Positions 20,175-29,800 of a stretch of DNA of 64,000 nucleotides are shown piece after piece. The notes below the pieces were generated by a model. It was not told where the DNA came from and ran no database searches. It worked only from the letters and a program-made list of their open reading frames with translations. The DNA lies in NCBI RefSeq assembly GCF_028368995.1, contig NZ_JAQNDL010000003.1, positions 320,001 to 384,000 on the forward strand. Direction: 5' to 3'. A program made the position numbers and the translations under genes. Position 1 is the first letter of the stretch. Each line of letters begins with the position of its first letter. The DNA comes from Nannocystis bainbridge. GTDB lineage: Bacteria; Myxococcota_A; Polyangia; Nannocystales; Nannocystaceae.

Positions 20175-20452
20175 GCCGCGGTCGCCCGCGAGCGCGCCCG
20201 GCGAGCCGCGAGACGGCTCGCCGCGGCGCCTGAGTCCCGTCGCCGACGCGCCCCCGCGCGACGGCTCGCCGTCGAACCTCCGCACGCTGGCTCGCGCTAT
20301 GAGCGTGCCGCGTCGACCCGCGATACGGCTCGCGCGGGGCTGCCGATGCGCCCGGCGGGTTCCCCCGGCCCGCCTCGTCGAGCGGGCGGAGCAATCGCCG
20401 AGCGCCGCCGTGTGAGCCGCTCCACCGAGCCGACCTCCCGCCGGTCTCGAAA

Positions 20453-20518
20453 GAACATGTCTTGAAGGACCGAAACTTTCGGACATTTCCATATAGACAT
20501 GCCCTTTGGGACATATGC
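20453..20518. repeat. Array of 14-bp-period units
   Basis: Units at 20453, 20467, 20481, 20495 and 20509; an AT-richer island in a long intergenic region. Confidence 0.8.
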
Positions 20519-21523
20519 CGACGGCCCGTCGCCCAGGCCGCGTCGGCCCCACCGCGGGGACCCCGAAGCGAGGCGATCCCTCGGGCGGGACGGTCCGCGT
20601 CGAACGGACGAGCTCGAGGACGGGCGGCCGCTGCGCGGGAGCGGCCGCCCGTCGCCACCGAGGCCGGCCCCCGAGCGCGCGTCGACCTTGCTCCGGCGTA
20701 ACGCTCGTCTCTTCCCCTCAAAAAATGAAGCGAGCCGACGCGCGAGGCTGGCGCCGGCTGCCCGATCGCGGCGGAGAGGCGACCCGGCCGGCGCCGCGTA
20801 CGACGCTGATTTCGCCTCGCCCCGCCGTCGAAGCAACCGGCGCCCGCGACGCGCCCGGGCTCGACCGGGACCGATCTTCGCAGCGCTGGCGCCGGGCGCG
20901 GACTCGAGGCTGCCTCGCGCCGAGTTGCCGTGACTCGGCGTGCCCGTCCGCCGACGGCCCGCGATCTCCTGACGAAAAGGACACGTCGGATCGCGGCTCG
21001 CGTGCGACAGGGCCTGCGAGCGCTTCGCCTGCCACGCGACGGCCGACTCGAACAGCCGCCGATCCTGCGGACGTTCGCCCTCGGGCGTGCCGCCGCGACA
21101 GGCCCACAGCCCACGATCGCAGCGACCCGTGCCGGGCCGGGCGCGCCCTCGCGCGAGCGACCGGAGCCCGCGCGGGCCTGCGAGTCCTTGCGAGCGTCGC
21201 GAGCTGTCGTGCCGCCACGCTGACGAACGTGAAGGGAAGCTCTCGGGGCGAAGGCGATGCGCGGCGGCCCGCACGCACGAGCGCCCTCGTGCCTCGCGGC
21301 CTCGAACTGCGCCTCGGGGGCCGCTGTCCGACCGCTTCTTCTCCGGAGAGGGCCCGGCGCCTCGCTCGGCGGGCCGACGTCGCAACTCGGGCCGCCCGCA
21401 TACCACGCCGCCCGCGGCCACGTCTCGCGCGGCAGACCCCAGCGAGCGCCTCCGCCGCGAACTCGAGCGCGATGCCTGGCTCACGGTCCCCCCCCCCTTG
21501 CAAGGCCCCGCGTCGCTCGGCTA

Positions 21524-21919
21524 ATGGGACCCCAGGTGACCCGGAGCGAGACCGAGGGGATCTGCGTCGAGGTGAAGACGCGCTACGTCGGCGGGCGTGC
21601 CTTGCCCGAGGGCGCACGCTTCGTCTTCGCTTACACAATCCGGATCTCCAACACCGGCGATGCGCCCGCCCAGCTGTGCCGCCGTCACTGGTTCATCACC
21701 GACGCGCACGGCGACGTGCGCGAGGTCGAGGGCGAGGGCGTGGTCGGCTCGCAGCCGCTGCTGCACCCCGGCGAGTCGTTCGAGTACACCAGCGGCTGCG
21801 TGCTCGAGACGCCCCACGGCGCCATGCACGGCAGCTACACCATGTTCCGCCCCAGCGGCGCCTGCTTCGAGGCGCTGGTCGACGCGTTCGTCCTGGCCGA
21901 CCCGCAGGCCATTGTCTGA
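21524..21919 (+). CDS. apaG: ApaG protein
   Basis: FVFAYTIRISN, RRHWFITD, VEGEGVVGSQP, FEYTSGC, G.MHGSY. Confidence 0.93.
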   Translation: MGPQVTRSETEGICVEVKTRYVGGRALPEGARFVFAYTIRISNTGDAPAQLCRRHWFITDAHGDVREVEGEGVVGSQPLLHPGESFEYTSGCVLETPHGAMHGSYTMFRPSGACFEALVDAFVLADPQAIV

Positions 21920-21959
21920 AGGGACATGTCCTCGGGGCCATGGCCCGAGAGACAGCAGC
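21908..21959. repeat. 14-bp-period array overlapping the apaG stop codon
   Basis: Units at 21908, 21922, 21936 and 21950. Confidence 0.75.
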
Positions 21960-22030
21960 TTGAGCCTGTCGCCGAGCTCGCGTCCCTGACGACGCGGACG
22001 CCTGCGGCCGGGACGTGATAGCGTCGCCGC

Positions 22031-22825
22031 GTGCGCCTCCATGCCCTCGCCGTCGCCGCGTTGCGGGGCCACGTCGAGCGGTTCCTCCGCGCCCACGGCG
22101 TCGACCCCGGGCAGCCGCGCGAGGACGCCGAGCTCGACACCTTCACCCTCGTGAGCATGCTGCTGGCCGCGCTGGGCCACGTCCGCGCCGCCTACCCGTG
22201 GCCCGCAGGCGCGCCCGGGCCCGACCCGCCGGGCCTCCTGCCGGCCGTCGCCGCCGCCCTGCCCGCCTACCACGCGCCGCTCACCGCCGACGCCTGCGTC
22301 GAGGCCCTGCGGCGGGTCCTCGGCTTCGCCGTCGACGCCGGCCCGTGCCAGCGACGCGCCGCCCCGCCGGCCGTCTATCCCTACATGTCCTTCGAGACAG
22401 ATGACTCCCTGCGCGCCGCCGACCTCGCCGACCGCGTGCTCGGCGTCGTCACCGACGACGGCTGGCTCGCCGAGCCCGCGCGCCGTGACATCGTCCTCGC
22501 CGCCGCCCTGCCCGCCAACGCCGAGCCGACCCGCTTCGAAGCGCTGGACCGCGAGCGCGCCAGCGCCCTGGCCGCCCACCTCCTCCCGGGGACCGACCGC
22601 CACGCCGCCGCCGCCGCGTTCGTCCGGCTGTTCGGCGACGCCACCCTCTGCTTCGGCCTGCACGACCAGGGCAGCGAACGACCCGACCCCTTCGCCCACG
22701 GCCACGCGTGGAGCCGCTACGACGCCCACGGCTACGGCAGCTGGGGCCGCACCCTCGTGCTCGCCGTCACCGACGGCCTCCGCGTCGCCTACCTCGACGC
22801 CCTGTGGGACGTCACCAGCGAGTGA
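22031..22825 (+). CDS. Hypothetical protein
   Basis: 264-aa ORF with strong third-position GC bias; no recognised motif. Confidence 0.6.
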   Translation: MRLHALAVAALRGHVERFLRAHGVDPGQPREDAELDTFTLVSMLLAALGHVRAAYPWPAGAPGPDPPGLLPAVAAALPAYHAPLTADACVEALRRVLGFAVDAGPCQRRAAPPAVYPYMSFETDDSLRAADLADRVLGVVTDDGWLAEPARRDIVLAAALPANAEPTRFEALDRERASALAAHLLPGTDRHAAAAAFVRLFGDATLCFGLHDQGSERPDPFAHGHAWSRYDAHGYGSWGRTLVLAVTDGLRVAYLDALWDVTSE

Positions 22826-22876
22826 CCCGGGACATCGAGCCCGCGTCCCCGGTCGCCTCGCAGCGCGACATCCGAG

Positions 22877-22956
22877 GGGCATGTCTCTGAGAACATGCCC
22901 CGGAGCACATGCCCGAAAGGACATGTCCTCGAGAGCATGCCCGCGGGGACAGCCTC
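22877..22956. repeat. Array of six 14-bp-period units between convergent genes
   Basis: Units at 22877, 22891, 22905, 22919, 22933 and 22947. Confidence 0.9.
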
Positions 22957-23731
22957 AGCCGAGCCCGGCCAGGAACGCCGACACCACCGCCGCCGTCTCG
23001 TCGGGCCGCTCGACCTGCACGTAGTGCCCCGCCCCGCGGAGCACGGCCAGGCGCGCGCCTGCGATCCGGTCGACGATCGTCTGGCGCAGGAACGGCGGTG
23101 GCATGAACGGATCGTCGGTCGCCACCACCAGCGTGCGGGCCGTGATCGCCCCCAGGCGATCGGCGAAGCTCAGCCCCGACCACGACTCGAAGCCCTCGGC
23201 GATGCACTTCGAAGGGATCGTCTCTCCGGCCGCCAGCAGCCGCTCGCGCGCGCTGTCCGACAGGTTCGTGCACGCCATCCCGAGGATCGTCGCCTTCGCC
23301 TCGCGGTTGTCGGCCCCGCGGAACAGCCCCGCCGCGTCGGGCGGGAACGGGATGCCCGACGCCGGCACCGGGCACAGCAGCACCTGCCCTTGCACCCGCT
23401 TCGGCTCCGCCGCCGCGATCCACTGCGCGATCGCCCCGCCCATGCTGTGGCCGATCAGCACGAATGACCTGTCCCCGAGGACATCCATCAGCTCGGTGAT
23501 GTCGGCCGCGTAGCGCTCGACCGTGTAGCCCGCCTCGGGCCGGCCGGACTCGCCGGCGCCGCGCAGGTCGGGGATCACGAGCCGGAAGCCCGCCAGGTCG
23601 AGCCGCTCGGCCAGCTCGTCGTAGACCGCGCTGGAGACCATCCAGCCGTGGATCGCCAGGACCGTCCGCGGGCCCTCGCCGAGCACGCGGTAGGCGATCT
23701 GGACCTTGTCGCTCGTCGTCATCGTCGGCAT
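22955..23731 (-). CDS. Alpha/beta hydrolase
   Basis: IHGW, DLRGAGES, GHSMGG nucleophile elbow, GAGHY. Confidence 0.9.
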   Translation of the reverse strand: MPTMTTSDKVQIAYRVLGEGPRTVLAIHGWMVSSAVYDELAERLDLAGFRLVIPDLRGAGESGRPEAGYTVERYAADITELMDVLGDRSFVLIGHSMGGAIAQWIAAAEPKRVQGQVLLCPVPASGIPFPPDAAGLFRGADNREAKATILGMACTNLSDSARERLLAAGETIPSKCIAEGFESWSGLSFADRLGAITARTLVVATDDPFMPPPFLRQTIVDRIAGARLAVLRGAGHYVQVERPDETAAVVSAFLAGLG

Positions 23732-23848
23732 AGGCGGCGATGATAAGCCGAACCGTCGCGGCCCGACACCGCGGCAGATGGGGGCGTGAAACGGCCGGAG
23801 GCGAGGGCCCGGGTGGGACCTCGCCTCCGCCGCCGCGTCACTGCCGCG

Positions 23849-26800
23849 CTACAGTTCGCCGATCTGGCGCAGGAAGTCGGTCGCCTCGGTGCAGTTCGGG
23901 TCCTCCATCAGCGCCTTGCGGCCCCACAGCACCGCCTTCTGGCGGTCGCCGCGCCGCTCGGCGATGTAGCCCTGGCGCAGGTAGGCCACCGCCCGGCTCA
24001 TCGGCGCCGCCTCCATCAGCGCGATGCTGCGGAGCACGCGGATGGCGAGGTCGTAGTCCTCCATCTGCTCGGCCAGCGTCGCCAGGGCGACCGCCACGTC
24101 GCCGTTGTTGCGGTCGGTGTTGTGGGCCTCCTTGAGCCAGTGCAGCTCCTGCTCGAAGTTCTCCTGGGCCCCGGCGACCATCGCCTTGCGGTACTGCATG
24201 GCGCACAGCTCGGGCGAGCGGCGGCCCCTCATCGCCTCGATCGCCGCGTCGAGGATGGTGTTGGCCTCGTCGAACTGCTCGGCCGCGGCGTAGGCCTCGA
24301 CCAGCAGCAAGTTGACCGCCTGATCGGCCGGGCGCAGCTTGAGCGCCCGCTTGAGCGCCTCGACGGCCGCCTCCGCGTCCTCGTCGAGCAGCAGCTCGCC
24401 GGCCTGGCGCAGCGTGACGAAGCGGGTCCCCTCGTCGGTGATCACGTCGGCCTCGGCGATCAGCAGCCGCGCGAGCGCCGGGTAGTTCTCGGTCTCCTCG
24501 AGGATCTGCTTCAGCCGCGCGCGCACGGCCTCGTTCTTCGGCTGGGCCTTGTGGGCCACCTCGAGCCCGGCCTGGGCGTCGTGCGGCCGGCCGACCTGCT
24601 CGCAGGCGTCGACCAACTGCATCGCCGCCTTGATCTGCTCCGCGCCGGTCTCGGCGGCCACCAGCCGGGTCGCCGTCTCGATCACGCTCTCCCACCGGCC
24701 CGCCGCGACGTCCATCACCGTCAGCTGGCGCAGCGCCTCGGTGTCGCCGGGCGCGTGCTCGAGCCACCCCGACAGCGCGTGGCGGGCCTGGTCGTCGGCG
24801 CCCTCCTTGCGCAGGACGTCGGCCAGCCGCAGCGTCGCGCTGCGCTCGCCCTCGCTGTCGTTGCGCTTGGCGGCCGCGCTGCGCCAGCGCTCGAGCCCGT
24901 CGATCAGATCGGGGATGAGCTCGGCGCCGACCAGGCCGTACGCCTCCTCGAGGTCGGCGGAGGCCCGGGCCTCGTCGCCGATGATCATGCGCAGCTCGGC
25001 GCGGCGGCGCAGGAACTCGACCTGCACGTCCTGCTCGAGCGGGCGCCAGTCGATCGCCTTCGTCAGCTCCTCGACCGCGCTGACGTGCTCGCCGGTGTCG
25101 CACAGGCGGGCGATGAACTCGCGCAGCAGGTCGTTGTCGTTGGGGTCGAGGGCGGCCGCGGTGCGCAGCACCTCGGCCGACTTGCCGGCGTCCATCAGCT
25201 GATCGGCGTAGATCGTCGAGGCCTCGCGCAGCAGCCCGACCGCCTGCGTCGGGTCGACCGAGCGGTCGGCCGACCCGACCAGCAGCTCGGCCAGGCGCTC
25301 GAACTCGCCGCGCTCGCGGTACCACGCCTCGAGCCGCTCGCGCAGCGCCTCGCTGTCGGGCGCGGCCTTGTAGCCGGCCTCGAGCACGCGGGTGGTCGCC
25401 TCGCGCTCGCCGAGCTTGTCGTACTGACCGGCCAGGTCGAGCGCCAGGCGGACCGCCGCCTCGCCGGTCTCGATCGCCAGCAGCCGCTCGCCGATCTCGG
25501 CCCGCTCGCGCGGGTCCGCCTCGCCCTCGGTCAGGCTCAGCATCGCCTCGATCAGCGCCCGGCTCTGCGGCGCGAAGTCGAGGGCGGTGCGGTAGACCGC
25601 CAGCGCCTCGTCGGGCTGGGTCTTGCGCAGCAGGTCGCCGAGCCGCAGCGAGGCCGCGATCACGCCCTCGCTGTCGCCCGCGCCCTGGGCCGTCAAGATC
25701 TGCTGGTTGAGCAGGTCGACCAACTCGGCGTCGAAGCCGGTCTTCTCGAACACCTCGGCCAGCAGCGCCTCGGCCTGCTTGTGGCCCGGCTCCTCCATCA
25801 GCACGTCCTTCAGCAGGCGCACCACTTCTTGCTCGTGGCCGCCGGCCTGCAGCAGCGCGTCGACCAGGTCGAGGCGCAGCTGGTTGCGCTCGCCGACCTC
25901 GGCGAGGCTCGGCAGCGTCGACTCGACCAGCTGCTGCAGCCGCGCCGGGTCACCGGCCTTGCGGTACACCGCCATCAGCGGGCCCCACACGGCCTTGTCG
26001 CTCGCGTCCTGCAGCAGCAGGTCCTCGTAGACCTCGGCGGCCAGCGGCAGCTGCTCGGTCTGCGCCGCCGCGAGCCCGGCGATCTCGCGCTGGAGCTCGA
26101 AGGTCCGCGCCAGCTGCCAGTTGGCGGCCGACTCGCGCAGGAAATCGACGGCGCCGCGCAGGTCACCCGCGGCCTTGCGGCGCTCGGCCAGGGTCAAGTA
26201 GGTCTCGGCGATCGCCTGGCCGCTGCCCTCGCGCTCGCCCACCAGCTCGATGCGTCGCACCAGCAGCTTCTCCGAGCGCTCGCTCTCGCCGAGCTCGAGC
26301 GCCAGGTTCGACGCCTCGTCGGCGACCTTGGGATCGACGCCCTCGACGTTGACCTTCTGCTCGAGGTACGCGAGCAGCCCCTGGCGGTCGCCGAGCTTGC
26401 GCACGATCTGCTCGTAGAGCTCGCCGAGCTCCTTGTGATCCGGCGCCGCCGCGAGCGCGCGGCGCAGCACCGGCTCGGCCAGGTCGAGGCGCGGCTCGGT
26501 CTGCAGCGCGCGCCGCATCGCCGCGACGCCGGCGTCACGCGACTCGGGCGCGGCCAGCTGCAGCTCGGCCAGGCCGAACGCCGCGCGGGCGCGGACCTCC
26601 GGCGTGGTCGCGTCGTCGGGGGCGCCGGCGATCCGCTCGAGCAGCTCGACCTGACGCGCCGAATCACCGCGAGCCGCGGCGATCCGCGACAGCCCCAGCC
26701 ACGCGTCGACGACCCGCTCACCGCTGGCCTCGACGCGCCCGTACAGCTCGGTCGCGCGGGCCTGGTCGGCGAACTCGCGCTCGACGATGTCGGCGGCGCG

Positions 26801-29800
26801 CAGCAGCAGGTCGGCCTGCAGCTTCGCGTCTTGCTTGCGGCGCGCGCGGTCGACCAGCCCGATCACCGCTTCGACGTAGCTCGCGCCGTGACCGAGGCGC
26901 GTCGCCAGCTCGGCCGCAGCCTGCTGCAGCGTCGCCGAAGCGGGGTCCTGCTGCAGCGCCTCGAACCGCAGGCCCAGCGCCTCCTCGGCCTGGCCGGTGG
27001 CCTCGAGCGCGTCGGCCAGGTCGCCGAGCACGCTGCCGCGGGCCGCCGGGTCCTGGGCCGCGGCCAGGCGCGAGCGCAGCACCCGGACCAGCAGCGATTG
27101 GTCGCCGCGGCTGCGCAGCGCGCGTTGCAGCTTGCGGGCCTCGCGGTCGTCCTGCAGCGCCGCCTCGATCGCCGAGCCGAGCAGCTCCTGCGCCAGGTCG
27201 GCCTGCCCGCGGCCCTCGGCCAGGCGGCTCAGCTCGTACTGCGCTTCAGCGATGCCGATCAGGCCCTCGTCGCCGTCGACCCCGCGGCGGCGCGCGGCCA
27301 GCAGCAGCGCGCGGTAGCTGCGTTCGGCGCGCGCGAGGTCACCTGTATCTCGGGACAGCTCGGCCAGCAGCTGCAGGCTCGCCACGTCGCCGACGTCGAT
27401 CGCCGTCGCCAGCTCGAGCTGGGCCACCGCCGCCTTGGTGTCGCCCAGCGCGCGCGCGACCTGGGCCAGCTTGTAGTGCACGCGCGCCCGCTCCGGCGGC
27501 CGGCGGCGCCCGAAGTCGGCCAGCAGCCGCTCCAGCACCCCCTGCGCGTCAGCCCAGCGCTCGCCCGAGACCAGCGCGTCGGCCAGGTAGGCCAGCACGC
27601 CGCGGTCGTCGGGCACGAGCGCGTGCAGGCGCTCGAGCACCGGGATCGCGCGATCGAGCTCGCCGAGGCGGTCGCGCACGATCGCCGCCGCCTCGTAGAG
27701 GAACGCCAGCACCTGCTCGCGATCCTCGGTGTGCTCGGCCGCGACTTGCAGCAGCGACGCCAGCGGCTCCCAGTCGCCCGCCTCGCGCTCGAGCTGGATC
27801 AGCAGGTCGCGCGTGCGCGCCTCGGCCGGGTGGTCGGCGACCGCCCGCGTCAGCACCTCGATCGCCTTGACGTTGCGCCCGGCCCCGAGCAGCGCGCTCG
27901 CCAGCCCGAGCACGATGTCGGTCCGCTCCGATCCTTCGGGCGTGCGGACCAGCCGCTCCGTCAGCCACGGCACCGCCTCGGCCGGCTCGCCGCGCGCCAC
28001 GTACAGCCGCGCCAGCGCGTCGAGGTTGTGGAAGTTCGGCGTCAGCGAAGCGGCGCGCCGGTGGCTCGACAGCGCCACCGCGACGTCGCCGATCCTGCGC
28101 TCGGCCAGCTCGGCCAGCTGCGTCCACAGCCGGACCGCGCGCGGCTTGTCGTCGACCTGCTCGAGCCGGGCCGCGTGCTCGCCGAGGAAGCTCGCCAGCT
28201 CGTCGGGGCTGGCCTTGTCGGCCAGGATCTCCGTCAACGCCGCCAGCGACGGGTCGTGGCTCGGATCGTCCTGCAGGTTCGACCGCAGCGCCTCGACTCG
28301 CCCGCCGCGCTGCTCGATCACCCCGACCAGCCGCGCGATCTCCAGCCGCAGCTCGAGCCGGCGCGCCGCGTCTGGCTCCTTGGCCAGCTCGTGCTTGCGC
28401 AGCGTCAGCAGCTCGGGGAACCGCTCCTCCGCCTGCAGCAGCGGCCCGAGCAGGCGCAGCACCTCGAGGTCGTCCGGGGCCGAGGCCAGCGCTGTCTCGT
28501 ACAGCCCGATCGCCCGCTGGCGATCGCCGAGCTCGGTGAAGATCGCGGCTGACCTCACGCGCATGTCCTGAGCGACAGGTTGCGCGAAGGGCAAGGTCGA
28601 GACCTTGGCCAGCAGCTCGGCCGCGGCCTTGCGGTCGCCGTCCTGCTCGGACAGCTGCGCCAGCTTCTGCGCCGCCCAGCCGACGCTGGCCTCGTTGCTG
28701 CGCTTGCCGGTGGCCGCCACCCCGCGGCTCCACAGCGCGGTCGCGCGGGCCAGAAGGCGCCGGAGGATGTCGCGGGTGATGTCGGTGCCGCCGAGCAGCC
28801 CGAGCGCCAGCTCCGACGCCTCGTACAGCGGATCGAAGTCCGTCTCGCTCAGCCCGTCGAGCGCCAGCAGCGTGTCGATCAGCGCCGGCTCGGGCGCCGC
28901 GCGCTGCAACTCGGCCAGCGTCTGCAGCCGCTCGCGGTGGCCCGGCTGGGCCGCCACCGAGCGCAGCAACGCCTCGCGCGCCGCGGCCTCGTCGCCGCGC
29001 TGCTCGCGGTGCCACTGGGCCACGCGGGCGGCCACGAACGCGTAGAGCTCCGGCGTCAGCGAGCTGCTGGCCGCGTTGGCGGCGGCCTCGAGCGCCAGCG
29101 TCAGCCGCTCCCAGCCGGCGTGCTCGGCCGCGAGGCCCTCGACCAGCGCGAACGTGGCGTCGTCGATCTTCTGGTCGCCGACGATCTGCCCGAGCAGCGC
29201 GTGCGCGGCGGCCGAGAAGTCGTCCACCGCCGCCGCGCTGCGGATCGCCCCGCGGACCGCCTCGGCGTCGCTGCGGGTCGCCGACAGCACCGCCTGGTAG
29301 GCCGCCAGCGCCCGCGCGGCGTCGTTCAGCTTGTGCTCCGCCAGCCGCGCCTCCGCCAGCCGCAGCTCGGTCGCGCGGTGCGGCTCGCCGGCGATCGTCA
29401 CCCCGGCCGCCTTGTGCAGCGCCTCGGCCGCGGGCCCGAAATCACCTGTCTCTTCGGACAGACGCAGAAGATCGCGCTCGATCGAGCGGTCGGCCGGCGC
29501 CAGCGGGAACGCCCGGGCCAGCGCCGCCACGGCGGCCGCTTTGTCGCCGGTGTGCGCCTCGTGCAGGCGGGCCGTCTCGCGCAGGATGTCGACCTGCTTG
29601 ATCGGATCGCCTTCGGCCCCCGCCAGGCGGGCGTCGACGATCGCCGCCAGCTCGCTCCACTCGCCGCGGCCGCGGTACAGCTTGCCGAGCACCTCGACCG
29701 CGCTGCTGCGCGCCTCGGTCTCGAGCGTCGCCAGCAGGCCCTCGCGCGCGCCCGCGTGGGCCGGGTCGGCCGTCAGCGCGGTGTCGTAGCAGGCCACCGC

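Noticed and set aside
22877-22956. 14-bp arrays as CRISPR arrays
   Set aside because: Units are 10 bp with 4-bp gaps; there are no 23-47-bp repeats with unique 30-40-bp spacers and no cas genes.
23786-28552. Long antisense or alternate-frame ORFs (also 803..2998, 4215..6479, 46624..49611, 57647..59677 and others)
   Set aside because: These are shadow ORFs expected from high GC and GC3 bias. They overlap well-supported genes and lack motifs.
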